Origin: an uncultured Acidobacteriota bacterium
Lineage (GTDB): Bacteria > Acidobacteriota > Thermoanaerobaculia > UBA5066 > DATFVB01
DNA: 64,000 bases
Direction of reading: 5' to 3'
Assembly (NCBI GenBank): GCA_963813155.1
Contig: CAWEYG010000006.1
Coordinates: 128,001 to 192,000, forward strand
Shown here: positions 40,936 to 56,314 of the stretch, piece by piece
How the letters are laid out: every line of letters starts with the position of its first letter
Numbering within the stretch: the first letter of the stretch is position 1
Program-made: the position numbers and the translations under genes
The notes under the pieces: generated by a model
Seen by the model: the letters and a program-made list of their open reading frames with translations, nothing else
Databases searched by the model: none
Told to the model about the DNA's origin: nothing

Positions 40936-42869
40936 CGCCGGAAGAAGAGACCGCCGAGCGCGAGCGCTTCACCGGGCCGGCCGCGGCCCTGCTCCTCTTG
41001 TTCGTCGCGCTCGTGGTCTCGGCGGGATCGCAGAAATCGGAGACGTTCGACGAAGGCCTCTACGTCGCCGGGGGCGCGGCGCAGGTGCTGCACGCCGATC
41101 CGAACATCCGGTTCGGCCACCCGCCGCTGTTGCGATGGATCTCGGGAATCCCGTCGGTCGTTTTTGGCGGCGCGCGGCTGCCCGGAGAGCCGCCCTGGAT
41201 CGATCGCGGCGCCGTGGATTTCGAAAAGAGCGTTCCCGACCTCTTTCTCTATTCGGTCCGATTCTTTTACGACGGGGGCAACGATCACGATCGCGTGCTC
41301 TTCTGGGGGCGCTTTCCCTTCGCGCTCCTCGGAGCGCTGCTCGGCTGGCTCATCTTTTCGACGGCGCGCCGGCGGTTCGGTCCCTGGCCCGCCCTCGGTG
41401 CCCTCGTCCTGTTCCTCTTCACGCCGGAGGTCCTCGCGCACTCGCAGTGGGCGCACGCCGATCTCGCCTCCGCGCTGACGATCTTTCTCGTCGCGCTCGC
41501 CCTCGAGCGGGCGCTCCGCGACCCCTCCCCGCGGGCGGTCGCGCTTCTCGGCGGCGCGCTCGGGATCGCGGCGTCGACGAAGCTGACGGGGCTCCTTCTC
41601 GTGCCGCCCGTGTTTCTGCTGCTCGCGGCGCTTCTGCCCGGGAAGGCTCCGTGCTCGCGTCGAGCGCCTGGCGATTTCTGCCGCGTTGCGTTCTTGCGCC
41701 GTCGTCGTCGCGTCGTACCTTCCAAAACCCCGACTCTTCGGCCACGCGTTCTTCCGGAGCGATCTCTCCCGTCTTCATCTCGCCGCGCTCGATCCGGTGC
41801 TGCGCGTGATTCCACTCCCTGACAGCTTCCTGAAGGGGGTGATCTTCCTCCTGCTCGAAGGGCGCGGGCGGCCACCCCGCGTATTTCCACGGGCAGCTGT
41901 CCACGACGGGTGGTGGTACTACTTTCCCGTCGCGATCTTCTTGAAATACTCCGACACCGCTGCTGCTGCTCGCGGCCGCCGGGCTCGTGTTCCTGTGGCG
42001 GGGGAGCATGTCCCGGGCTTCGAAACTCGCCTGGGTGGTGCCTCCTCTGACGATCGTCGCGGCCGCAATGGCGCAGTCGGTGGACATCGGCGTGCGGAGC
42101 GTCCTTCCGATCGCGCCGTTTCTCGCGTCTCTGGAGCGCGGCGGCGTTCGACCGCTTCCGCCGCGGGACGGCCCGGAGCGCCGCGGTGCTGCTGCTGGGA
42201 GCGAGCGTCGCCTCGGGGATCCTCGCCTTTCCGAACTTTCTCTCCTACTTCAATCCGCTGATGGGGGGGAACCGCGCCGCGGACAAGTGGCTGGCGGATT
42301 CGAATCTCGACTGGGGGCAGGACCTCCCCGCGCTCGCGCGGGAGCTCCGCCGGCTCCGGATTTCGCCGGTGCGGGTCGACTATTTCGGCCTCGCTCGCCC
42401 CGAGCACTGGGGAATCCGCGGTCTCGATCCGAAAGTCGTCGCCCCCGGCTGGTATGCGATCTCCCGGAGCGCCCTGTGCGGCCTCTGGAAGGGAGGCGAC
42501 CCGGACGCATGGCTCCGCCGCCTCGAGCCGGTCGCGATTCCGGGCGGCTCGATCTCGATCTATCAGGTGACGGCCGCGGACCTCGCGGGACTCGAGAAGA
42601 CCTCGGACGTCGATGACACCATGAAGCAGGGCATGCAGGCTCTCTACGACCGAAACGATCCCGGCGCCGCCGAAGAGCTCTTCCGGAAGGTCCTCGCGGC
42701 CAACCCGGATCACTACGGCGCGAATTACCAGATCGGCGTCGCGCTCGACCGGCTGGGGAAACGCCCCGAAGCGCGTCCGTACTGGGAAAAATCCCTGAAG
42801 CTGGCGCAGCGCTACGCCGACGCGCCGACCCTGAGGACGGTCCAGGACCGCCTCGCAAAGGAGCCATAG
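40932..42869 (+). CDS. PMT/ArnT-like (GT39/83-type) GT-C glycosyltransferase with one TPR-like module (several indels)
   Basis: KSETFDE, HPPL, FTPEVLAH..AHADL, GWWYYFP, IGVR, LSYFN..LADSNLDWGQDL. Confidence 0.82.
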
Positions 42870-45011
42870 TGTCCCGGGCGGCGGCGGCGCTGATCGCCAT
42901 TTTTGTCGCGCTCGTTCTCGTCGCGGGATACCGAAAGTCCGAAACGTTCGACGAGGGGCTCTTCATCGCCGGCGGCGTCGCCCAGGTCGAACACGGGAAT
43001 CCGAACATCGATCTGATGCATCCTCCGCTCCTGCGCTGGATCGCCGGGATCCCGGCGATCCTCCTGGGTCGAGCCCGCCTCCCTCCCAATCCTCCGTGGG
43101 TTGTGCGTCGCGACCTCGATCTCGAAGTTCGCTCGCTGGCGGTTTTTCCTTATGCGGTTTCGTTCTTCTACGACGCGAACTCTCACGACCGCGTTCTCTT
43201 CTGGGGGCGGTTTCCGTTCGCGCTCCTCGGGGCGCTCCTCGGCTGGCTCGTTTACTCGACCTGCCGCCGCCTGTTCGGTCCGTGGCCGGCGCTCGGCGCC
43301 CTTGCGCTGTGCCTGTTCACGCCGGAGGTCCTTGCGCACTCGCAGTGGGCCCACTCGGACCTCGCCTCGGCGCTGACGATCTTCGTCGTTGCGATCGCGC
43401 TGGAGCGGGCTCTGCGCGAGCCGTCGATGCGGGCCGCGGCGCTTCTCGGAGGGGCGCTCGGAATCGCGGCGGCCACGAAGATCACGGCGATTCTCGTCGT
43501 GCTGCCCGTGCTCCTGCTGCTCGCCGCCTTTCATCGCGGAGGGCTTCGCTCGCTCGCGGGGCGGATGGCGATCGCGGCCGGCGCGCTCTTCGCCGTGATC
43601 GCCGCGGCGTACCTGCCACGGCCGCGGCTGTTCGGCCACGAATTCCTCCCGGGCGATCTCGAGAAGCTCGGCGTCTCGGCGCTCGCGCCCGTTCTCCGCG
43701 TCCTGCCGCTTCCCGATACTTTTCTGAAGGGCCTCGTCTGCCATGGGCTCATCGGCCAGCATGGGCAGACCGCGTTTTTCCACGGCCAGGTTTCGACGGC
43801 GGGGTGGTGGTATTACTTTCCGGTCGCGATCTTCCTGAAATACCCCACGCCGTTGCTGCTCCTCGCGCTGGCGGGGCTCGCGGTTCTGTGGCGTGGGGGC
43901 ATGCCGCTGTCCTCGAAATTCGCCTGGACCGTGCCCCCGCTGACGATTCTGGCCGCCGCGATGGCGCAGTCGGAGGACATCGGCGTGCGGAGCGTGCTCG
44001 CGATCGCGCCGTTTCTCGCGCTCTGGAGCGCGGCGGCGTTCCGACCGCTTCCGCCGCGGGACGGCCCGGGGCGCCGCAGTGCTGCTGCTCGGAGCGAGCG
44101 TCGCTCGGGGACCTCGCGCGTTTCCGAATTTTCTCTCCTATTTCAATCCGCTGATGGGCGGAAACCGCGCCGCGGACAAGTGGCTGGCGGATTCGAACCT
44201 CGACTGGGGGCAGGACCTTCCCGCGCTCGCGAAGGAGCTGAATCGGCGGGGGATTTCTTCCGTTCGCCTCGACTACTTCGGGCGCGCGCAGCCCTCGCAC
44301 TGGGGAATTGCCGGCCTTGACCCCACCGTCGTTGCTCCCGGCTGGTATGCGATCTCCCGCAGCGCCCTGTCCGGCATCTGGAGGAAGGAAGACCCGCACT
44401 GGTGGCTCCGGCGCCTCGAGCCGGAGGCCATTCCGGGAGGTTCCATCTCCCTCTACCGTGTGACTCGCGCCCAGCTCGAAGCGCTCGAGAGAGACCTCAT
44501 GGCCGAGGGCCTGAAAGCCCTCACCGGGAACCGCGACCCCGGAAGAGCCGCGGAGAGCTTCTCGCGAGTCCTCCGCCTGAATCCCGTGCACTACGGCGCG
44601 ACGTTTCAGCTCGCGAGGGCCCTCGACGACGCGGGCCGGCCGGGGGAAGCGCGGCCGGTATGGTTTCGCATGCTCACGCTCGCGCAATCGGCGAAAGACG
44701 AGGGCACGGTGAAGATGGCCCAGGATCGTCTGTCGCGGTCGGACGTCGTCACCGAAGAAACGCTCATGCACCTCGGCCTCGACTCGCTCTACCGTCTCGG
44801 GGACCCTGCCGGCGCCGCGACGCGATTCCAGGAAGTCCTCCGCCGCAATCCGGGGCACTACGGCGCGCTCTTCCAGATGGCGTCTGCGCTCGACCGGGCG
44901 GGGCGCCGCGCGGAAGCGCGGCCGTACTGGGAGAAGGTCCTGGCGGCCGCGGTCGTTTACCGGGACGAAGGCACCGCCCGGACGGCGCGCGAGCGGCTGC
45001 GCGCCCCTTAG
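42869..45011 (+). CDS. PMT/ArnT-like GT-C glycosyltransferase with two TPR-like modules (indel near 44041)
   Basis: Same motifs as 40932..42869 (close paralog). Confidence 0.85.
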
Positions 45012-45045
45012 GGAGCGCTTCCCGTGGAGGGAGACGCGTCGAGCA

Positions 45046-46152
45046 TCAGGCCGGCCCGGCGACATCCGCGAGCGAGCTCGCCGCGAACTCCACCTGTTCG
45101 TCGGACATCTCCGGAAACAGGGGCATGCTGAAGACGCGTTCGCAGGCCCGCTCGGTGTGGGGCAGGCTTCCGGCCGCGAGTCCCAGCGGCTCGTAGGCCT
45201 TCTGCAGGTGGACGGGGATGGGGTAGTGAACGGCGGTCTGCACGCCTCTCGCTTCGAGCTCGGCGCGCACCCGGTCCCGTTCGTCCACGTAGACGACGAA
45301 CAGATGATTCGCCGACTCCGCGTGCGGCGCGTCCTTCGGAAGGTCCACGCGCGCGCCGGCCAGCAGCTCCCGGTAGCGCCGGCAGATCTCCCGGCGCCGC
45401 GCCGTCCATTGCGGCAGGCGGCGCAGTTTCACGCGCAGCACCGCTCCCTGAAAGCCTTCCATGCGGTAGTTGTAGCCGATTCGGTCGTGATGGTAGCGCC
45501 GCGCCTCGCCGTGGGTGCGGAGCTGCCGGGCGAGCCCGGCGACGGCGTCGTCGTTCGTCGTCAGCGCGCCGCCCTCGCCGTAGGCGCCGAGGTTCTTGCC
45601 GGGATAGAAGCTGAACGCGGCGGCGACGCCGAAGCTCCCGACCGTCCGGCCGCGGTAGCGGGCGCCGTGAGCCTGGCAGGCGTCCTCGACCACGGGAATG
45701 CCGCGCCGCCGGCCCAGCTCGAGGATCGGGTCGAGCTCGGCCGGGCGTCCGTAGAGGTGCACCGGCAGGATCGCCTTCGTCCGCGGTGTGAGCGCGGCCT
45801 CGATGCGCGCCGGGTCGATGTTCGACGTCGCGGGATCGATGTCCACGAACACGGGACGCGCCCCGGCGTAGGAAATGGCCGCGACGGTCGCGATGAACGT
45901 GTTCGCGGTCGTGACGACCTCGTCGCCCGGGCCGACCCCGGCGCACAGAAGCGCCAGGTGCACGGCGCTCGTTCCGGAGTTCAGGGCGACGCAGTGTTTG
46001 GCCTCGCAGAAGTCCGCGAATTCCCGTTCGAACGCCTCGACTTCGGGACCGAGGACGAATCCGGACGCCTGGCAGCTGCGGTCCAGCGCCCCGAGGATCT
46101 CTTCGCGGAGGTCCGCGTACTGCGCCTTCAGGTCGAAATAGGGAACCTTCAT
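45046..46152 (-). CDS. DegT/DnrJ/EryC1/StrS sugar aminotransferase
   Basis: [41 protein letters not shown]. Confidence 0.95.
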   Translation of the reverse strand: MKVPYFDLKAQYADLREEILGALDRSCQASGFVLGPEVEAFEREFADFCEAKHCVALNSGTSAVHLALLCAGVGPGDEVVTTANTFIATVAAISYAGARPVFVDIDPATSNIDPARIEAALTPRTKAILPVHLYGRPAELDPILELGRRRGIPVVEDACQAHGARYRGRTVGSFGVAAAFSFYPGKNLGAYGEGGALTTNDDAVAGLARQLRTHGEARRYHHDRIGYNYRMEGFQGAVLRVKLRRLPQWTARRREICRRYRELLAGARVDLPKDAPHAESANHLFVVYVDERDRVRAELEARGVQTAVHYPIPVHLQKAYEPLGLAAGSLPHTERACERVFSMPLFPEMSDEQVEFAASSLADVAGPA

Positions 46153-46643
46153 CGTCGGGGCTCCTTCTCTTCGAGCCGGCGGATCACGCGCGCCGGATTG
46201 CCGGCGACGACGGTGAAAGCGGGCACGTCGCGCGTCACGACGCTCCCGGCTCCCACGAGCGCGCCCTCGCCGATCGTGACGCCGCACAGGATCACGGCCC
46301 CGCTTCCGATCGTGGCCTTCCGGCGGACGCGCGATCCGACGAGGCTCCAGTCGCCGTCGCTCTGGAGCGAACCGTCCGGGTTCGTGGCCACGGGATACCG
46401 GTCGTTGATGAACACCACGTGATGGCCGATGAAACACTCGTCCTCGATTTCGACGCCCTCGCAGACGAACGTGTGGCTCGAGATCTTGCACCGCTTCCCG
46501 ACGCGGGCGTTTTTCTGGATCTCGACGAACGCTCCGATCCGCGTCTCGTCGCCGATCTCACAGCCGTACAGATTCACGAGGCCGTGGATCCGGACGTCGC
46601 GGCCGAACTTGACGTCCGGCGAGATTCGGGAAAATTCCGGCAT
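46149..46643 (-). CDS. Hexapeptide-repeat sugar N-acetyltransferase (WxcM/FdtC-like)
   Basis: [44 protein letters not shown]. Confidence 0.92.
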   Translation of the reverse strand: MPEFSRISPDVKFGRDVRIHGLVNLYGCEIGDETRIGAFVEIQKNARVGKRCKISSHTFVCEGVEIEDECFIGHHVVFINDRYPVATNPDGSLQSDGDWSLVGSRVRRKATIGSGAVILCGVTIGEGALVGAGSVVTRDVPAFTVVAGNPARVIRRLEEKEPRR

Positions 46644-46698
46644 GTGTGACGCGCATGATAGCGCGACCTTGAAGCGGCACAGTCAAGAATGTCTCCAG

Positions 46699-46729
46699 AA
46701 AAGAAAACGGCGGGCCCGAAGGCCCGCCG
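46699..46729 (-). terminator. Rho-independent terminator after the GPS-collagen gene
   Basis: CGGCGGGCC-TTCG-GGCCCGCCG followed by TTTTCTTTT on the minus strand. Confidence 0.85.
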
Positions 46730-46743
46730 CAGTTCTTCGTCGA

Positions 46744-49342
46744 CTAGAGTTTGGGATCAGATCGGCACTCCCAGCCGAAGAACGCACTTCCGGCGTGTCA
46801 TGCCGTTGTCCGGTTGCTGTTGTTGTACGCGGCCTCGATGCCAACCGTGGTGGCCGCCGAAATGGTTGCCGTGCAACGCCGCGAGTTGCACGTCGTGCGC
46901 CGGATCCGTGATCGTGCAGGATCACAGCCGTTGATGCCGCCATCTCGCACGGATCGTAAAAGTCCGAGTGAAGTGCGTTGGCGAGCCTCCTCCCGTATTT
47001 CCCGGCGGCGTGTCAGCAAGACCGCAAGCTGCTTGCGCGGAGCATGCGCCGTTGGCCATCAACGTCTGACTGGCGGTCGTCTCGGTCGCCGCGGCGGCCG
47101 AAACACCCGAAGCCAAGGCATATTGCGTTTGGGTCGCCGCGTTCTTGGTCGTTCCCAGGCGAGTCAATGCTCCTGTCAGAGTTCGTCAGTGCCGAGGGCC
47201 CGACCACTCCCTGAGGTCCCGAGACGCCGCTCGGGCCGGAGGGTCCGCTCGGCCCCGGAATGCCCACGGTCCACTGGGCCCGGAGGGACCGCTGACGCCG
47301 GAGGGACCACTGACGCCGGACGGACCGCTGACGCCGGAAGGCCCGCTGGGTCCGCTGGGTCCGCTCGGGCCGGTCGGGCCGACGAGTCCCTGAGGTCCGC
47401 TGGGGCCGGACGGTCCGCTCACGCCGGAGGGTCCGTGGCACCGGGAAGGTCCGCTGGGCCCGGAGGGACCGCTCACGCCGGAAGGTCCGCTTCACGCCGG
47501 AGGGACCGCTCACACCGGAGGGACCGCTCAGACCGGAGGGACCGCTCGGTCCGGAGGGCCGCTCACACCCGAGGGGCCGCTGACACCGGAGGGCCCGCTC
47601 GGTCCGGACGGCCCGCTTACGCCGGAGGGACCGCTGACGCCGGAGGGACCGCTCGGTCCGGAGGGTCCGCTCACACCGGAAGGTCCGCTGACGCCGGACC
47701 GGTCCCGAAGGTCCGCTCGGCCCGGAGGGTCCGGTGGCGCCTTCCTGCGCAAGCAGGTTCCAGTCGGTAGTGACTCGCCGGATCGTCTCTGCCGGACAGC
47801 CGGAGGCATTGACGCAGACGAAGCTGGAGCCGCCGAATTCGACGGCGTCCCGGAAGTGTAGGCCGTTCCGGAATCGTCAGGCTCCCTGCCAGTTGAGGCC
47901 GTAGGGGCCGCTGGGACCCGAGACACCGCTCGGTCCGGAGGGACCGCTCGGTCCGAGAAGTCCTTGAGGTCCGCTGACACCCGAAGGTCCGCTGACGCCG
48001 GAGGGACCGCTCACGCCCGAAGGGCCGCTCACACCGGAGGGACCGCTGACACCAGAGGGACCGCTGACTCCCGAGGGACCGCTGACGCCGGAGGGACCGC
48101 TCGTCCGGAGGGTCCGCTCACGCCGGAAGGTCCGCTGACACCGGAGGGACCGCTCGGTCCCGAGGGTCCGCTGACACCGGAAGGTCCGCAGACGCCGCTC
48201 GGACCGGAAGGACCGCTCGGTCCGGAGGGGCCGGTAGCGCCTTCCTGGGCGAGCAGGTTCCAGTTGGGATCAGTACCCGGCGTGCCGGTGCAGCCGGCGA
48301 CGTTGTTACAGAAGTAGCTCGAGCCGCTGAATTCCACGGCGTCGCGGAAGTTGTACGTTCCCGCCGACCAGGTTCCCTGCCAGTTCAGACCGATGGGCCC
48401 GCTCGGTCCGCTGGGACCGGACGGCCCCAGAGCGCCGTTGGAGCCGGACAATCCCTGAGACCCTCTGGGTCCTGAGGGCCCGGAAGGGCCCGATGGACCC
48501 GAGGGACCGCTGGCGCCCAGTAGCGCCGTGTCGGGAAAGCTCATTTCGAATCCGGAAGCATCCTGACTTCCGTTGGCCACCTGCGCCCCCGCAAAGATCA
48601 CGTTGCCGCCGGCCGCGCTGCCCAGAGTCGAGGCCGAGGCCGCCACGACGGTGCCCACCAGGCGCGCGTTGGTCGTGGCGATGTTGGGGACGATGTCGTC
48701 GATGTTGGTCTGGTAGTGCTCGAAGCCTCCCAGCGGATAGTCTTTTCCGCCGAGCGGGTTTCCCAGCGCGTCGAGAACGTCGATATGGAAGGTCGCCGGA
48801 TTGCCCGTGGTCTCCACCATCGCGAAGTTGTAACGGAAGTTTTCGTTTCCACCCTGGTTGACGCCCTGAATGGTGGAGGACTCGCCCGGCTGCAGGGCAA
48901 AGAGCGACGGCACGCCGGCAAAGAAAAGCCCCGTGCTGGTGCCGAGATCCTGACCGGCGGGGAGATTGAAAATCCTCGAAGAGACAAAGACATCTCCGCC
49001 CGAGGAGACGATGTGCCCGGCCCCGAGCGCCGCGGTCAATCCAAACTTGTTGAGCATGATGTCTTCGTACATCTTCGTTTCGCCGGGAGCCAGCGAGTCG
49101 GCAAAGGAGGTGGGATTGGGATTGGCCTGTCCCGAAGCGAGGAAGAAGAAACCGAACGAGACGGGCTGCGTCGAAGAGAGGTTGGTGATCCAGACCGTCG
49201 TGTAGAACTGCGAGCCGGAACTGCCCGCCACGCGTCCGATCGAAGTCAGGTATGCGTCGCTCGAGGGAAACCCGGCGAAGGCGGGAACCGCCGCGAACGC
49301 CAGGATGATCGAGACGAGGATCGACACGAGGTTCCGCTTCAT
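46744..49342 (-). CDS. Secreted collagen-like protein, (Gly-X-Ser)n type (many indels in the 3' half; end approximate)
   Basis: Signal peptide ..VPAFA; ~250 aa beta-rich domain; GPS/GVS triplet tracts; two WQG..Y..RDAVEF.GSS..C..GC modules; beta-rich C-terminal domain ending ..AFFGWEC. Confidence 0.82.
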
Positions 49343-49401
49343 CGCCGCCCCCTTCGGGAGAAAAATTCCAAGTTCCTAAATGACCGGGGATTCCGGCGAG
49401 A

Positions 49402-49431
49402 AGGATACCCCCCGAAGAAGAGGGGAGTCAA
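49402..49431 (-). promoter_or_regulatory. Sigma70-type promoter of the GPS-collagen gene
   Basis: TTGACT-18 nt-TATCCT. Confidence 0.65.
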
Positions 49432-49583
49432 GAAGGGTTTTCTAGGTAAATTCCGGATAAATTAAAGGAGCGGCGGGCCGGACCGGGTTGCCGATCAGGT
49501 CGCTGCCGGTGACGGCCCCGAGGGCGCTTCGGAGGGAGAAGCCGCCGCGCGGCTCTCGGGGGAGTCGCCGACGGACTCGGTGC

Positions 49584-53453
<3,870 letters not shown>

Positions 53454-53903
53454 CTACTTCGATTTCACGGCGGCGTGGAGCGCCGGCGCGGGAGACGTTC
53501 GGGTTTCGACGGCTTCCGCATAGGCCCGCAACAGATCGGCGTGGCGCTGCTTGAGCTGCGCATAGCCGTGTTCCAGCGCGCGCAGCTTCCGCTCGCCGTC
53601 GCCCATGCGCAGCTCCAGGTCCTGGATCTGCGCGTCGTTGGCGCGAACGACGGGCTCGCCGCCACGGTGGAACGCGTTCGCGGCTTCGTCGAAGGCGGAG
53701 CTGATGGCCGGGGCCTTCCAGAGGAAGAACCCGATCACGAGAAAGAGGAGGGTGGCCCAGAGCGTCTCCGCGGTCGTTTCCACGATCCGGCGAAAACGGG
53801 GGCGGCGGGAGGGGGCGTCCGGGGCCACCGGGGCCGCGAGGGCGAGATCAGGCGCTTCGGGGGCCGCGTGCGGAGGGGTGCTGAAAATTGGCTGAATTCT
53901 CAT
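53454..53903 (-). CDS. Hypothetical single-TM coiled-coil protein
   Basis: AAGGAG SD; one TM helix followed by a heptad-rich segment. Confidence 0.7.
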   Translation of the reverse strand: MRIQPIFSTPPHAAPEAPDLALAAPVAPDAPSRRPRFRRIVETTAETLWATLLFLVIGFFLWKAPAISSAFDEAANAFHRGGEPVVRANDAQIQDLELRMGDGERKLRALEHGYAQLKQRHADLLRAYAEAVETRTSPAPALHAAVKSK

Positions 53904-54004
53904 CGTCTCTCCTTCCTATCGACTCTCTACACTGATCGGGCTCTGTCTCGACGTACTTCTGCAAGAAGCGTGCACAAATCTTGAAGCGGTGGAACGTTTG
54001 CCGG

Positions 54005-54115
54005 GCGGGTCGCGCAGGGGCAGGCTCGCTGTTGCCGCTCGCGGCGCGGAGTCGTAGCAAAGTCCTCAACCCGCAGCGAGCGGAACAGCGGGTCGAGTCC
54101 GGCGACAGGACCCGC
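54005..54115 (-). repeat. Dispersed ~110-nt hairpin element, family A copy 3
   Basis: Minus strand GCGGGTCCTGTC..CTGTTCCGCTCGC..GACTTTGCTAC..GCGAGCGGCAACAG..ACCCGC. Confidence 0.9.
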
Positions 54116-54166
54116 CCGCAACCCAGTTCCGTGGGGCGCGGTTAGCGCGGTTAGAATGACCTCTTC

Positions 54167-54574
54167 ATGAAGGTCGCTCTCACCTCGTCTCACTACTTTT
54201 CGGCGGCGCACCGACTGCACAACGACGCCCGCGATCTCGACTGGAACCGCCGGGTCTTCGAAAAATGCAACAACGAGCACGGGCACGGCCACACGTACGG
54301 TCTCGACGTCACCGTCGAGGGCGCGATCGACCCCGAAACGGGCTACGTGATCGACTTCAAGCAGCTCAAGAAGATCGTCGAAGAGGAAGTCCTCCAAAAG
54401 GTCGAGCGCCGGCATCTGAACTTCGACGTCGACTTCCTCCGGGGGATCAATCCGACGGCCGAGAACATCGCGGTCGCGATCTGGGGCCAGCTGGAGGGCA
54501 AGATCCCGCACGGACGGCTGAGGCGAGTCACGCTGCAGGAGACGGACAAGAACGCCGTGGTCTTCGAAGGGTGA
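54167..54574 (+). CDS. queD: 6-carboxytetrahydropterin synthase (QueD/PTPS family)
   Basis: FSAAHRLH, KCNNxHGHGH, DPETGYVIDF, PTAENIA. Confidence 0.9.
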   Translation: MKVALTSSHYFSAAHRLHNDARDLDWNRRVFEKCNNEHGHGHTYGLDVTVEGAIDPETGYVIDFKQLKKIVEEEVLQKVERRHLNFDVDFLRGINPTAENIAVAIWGQLEGKIPHGRLRRVTLQETDKNAVVFEG

Positions 54575-55332
54575 AGAGACCCCTGTTTCTCGTGACGAAC
54601 GACGACGGAGTCTCCGCCGACGGCATCCACGCCCTCGCGGAATCGATCTCCCGAATCGGAGAGGTCGTCGTCGTCGCCCCCGACCGGGAGCGCAGCGCGG
54701 CGGGGCACTCGCTGACTCTCCATCACCCCCTGCGCGCGACGGAGCTCTCTCCGGGCCGGTTCGTCATCGACGGCACGCCGACGGACTGCGTGAACTGGGG
54801 CACCCAGCATCTCCTGAAGGGGAGGCGGCCCGACGCGATCCTCTCCGGGATCAACTTCGGCCTGAACCTGGGCGACGACGTGACGTACTCGGGAACGGTC
54901 TCGGCGGCGTTCGAGGGCGCGATTCTCGGGATTCCCGCGATCGCGTTCTCGCAGGAGATCGAGTCGGGCTTTTCCTTCGACGCGGCCGCGGATTTCGCGC
55001 GCGAGCTCGTGCAGGTCGTGCTCGAACACCCGATCCGTCCCGGCACGCTGTTGAACGTGAACGTTCCGGCCGGGAAAGTCGCCGGGGTCCGCGCCGTGAA
55101 GATGGGGCGGCGGACTTACCAGGAAGGGATTCTCGAGAAGCTCGACCCGCGCGGCAAGAAATACTACTGGATCGGCGCGGAGCCGCCTTCCGGAGTGCCG
55201 GAGGAAGGCACCGACCTGTGGGCGATCGCCGAGAAGCACATCTCGGTCACGCCGCTCCACCTCGACCTCACGGATTACGGCGCGCTCGCCTCGCTCGAAG
55301 GCCTCGTCGGACGCTTTCCCCGGCCGGCCTGA
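54571..55332 (+). CDS. surE: 5'/3'-nucleotidase SurE
   Basis: LVTNDDG, GTPTDCV, SGINxGxNLGDDVTYSGTV, ISVTPL. Confidence 0.96.
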   Translation: MKRPLFLVTNDDGVSADGIHALAESISRIGEVVVVAPDRERSAAGHSLTLHHPLRATELSPGRFVIDGTPTDCVNWGTQHLLKGRRPDAILSGINFGLNLGDDVTYSGTVSAAFEGAILGIPAIAFSQEIESGFSFDAAADFARELVQVVLEHPIRPGTLLNVNVPAGKVAGVRAVKMGRRTYQEGILEKLDPRGKKYYWIGAEPPSGVPEEGTDLWAIAEKHISVTPLHLDLTDYGALASLEGLVGRFPRPA

Positions 55333-55358
55333 GCAGTCGGGCTGCTATACTTTCCGCA

Positions 55359-56042
55359 GTGGCATTTCCCGTTCCGAAAAAAAACTCGGGCTCGGACCCG
55401 TCCGACGAAGCTCGGCGGGCGATGGTGGCGCGTTTCGTGGCCCCGAGGGGGGTCGACGACGAGCGGGTCCTCGACGCGCTCCGGGAAGTCCCGCGGCACC
55501 GCTTCGTTCCGGACACGGTCGCGGCGCGGGCCTACGGCGACCACTCTCTGCCGATCGGGTTCGGCCAGACGATTTCGCAGCCGTACGTCGTGGCCCGGAT
55601 GACCCAGCTCCTCGCCGTCGAGCCGAATCACCGGGTGCTCGAGGTGGGGTGCGGCTCGGGCTACCAGGCGGCGATCCTGGGCCGTCTCGCGCGCATGGTC
55701 TTCACGCTGGAGCGGATCGACGAGCTCGCCCGGCGAGCCTCCGCGCTCCTGCGCGAGCTCGGCTACGACAACGTCTCGGTCAAGGCGCTCGACGGCACGT
55801 ACGGGCTCGCCGCGAACGCGCCCTACGACCGGATCCTCGTGGCGGCCGGCGCGAGCGAGGTTCCGAAACCTCTGCTCGACCAGCTCGCCGTCGGCGGGCG
55901 AATGATCGTTCCGATCGGAGACGAAAAATCGCAGCGGCTGCGGGTCGTCAAGAAGCGGCGCGACCATTTCGGCCAGGAGGAGAAAGACGAAGTCACGTTC
56001 GTTCCGCTGATCGGACGATTCGGCCGCGGAGAGAGCCCCTGA
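55359..56042 (+). CDS. pcm: Protein-L-isoaspartate O-methyltransferase
   Basis: VPRHRFV, GQTISQPY, VLEVGCGSGYQAA, FVPLIG; surE-pcm synteny. Confidence 0.95.
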   Translation: MAFPVPKKNSGSDPSDEARRAMVARFVAPRGVDDERVLDALREVPRHRFVPDTVAARAYGDHSLPIGFGQTISQPYVVARMTQLLAVEPNHRVLEVGCGSGYQAAILGRLARMVFTLERIDELARRASALLRELGYDNVSVKALDGTYGLAANAPYDRILVAAGASEVPKPLLDQLAVGGRMIVPIGDEKSQRLRVVKKRRDHFGQEEKDEVTFVPLIGRFGRGESP

Positions 56043-56314
56043 GCCGCGTCACGCGCCGCTACGTCGTGAGCGGACGGGTCCAGGGCGTCGGTTTCCGGCA
56101 TTTCGTCCGCACGCAGGCGCGGCGGATGAACCTCGCCGGCTGGGTGCGCAACCTGCCGGACGGCCGTGTCGAGGCCGTCGCGACGGCGGACGACGAAGTC
56201 CTCGTCCTTTTCGAATCGGCGCTGCGATCCGGCCCGCCGCTGGCGTCCGTGGGCGGCGTCGAGGCCGTCGAGGAAGCGGCCGCCGACTTCGACTCTTTCG
56301 AGGTGCGGCCGTGA
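56039..56314 (+). CDS. Acylphosphatase (start uncertain)
   Basis: VSGRVQGVGFR..GWVRNLPDGRVE. Confidence 0.92.
   Translation: MSRVTRRYVVSGRVQGVGFRHFVRTQARRMNLAGWVRNLPDGRVEAVATADDEVLVLFESALRSGPPLASVGGVEAVEEAAADFDSFEVRP

Noticed and set aside
38769-41822. 1017 aa double GT-C ORF
   Set aside because: The middle part is out-of-frame read-through; the TPR frame stops at 40935 overlapping a GTG at 40932
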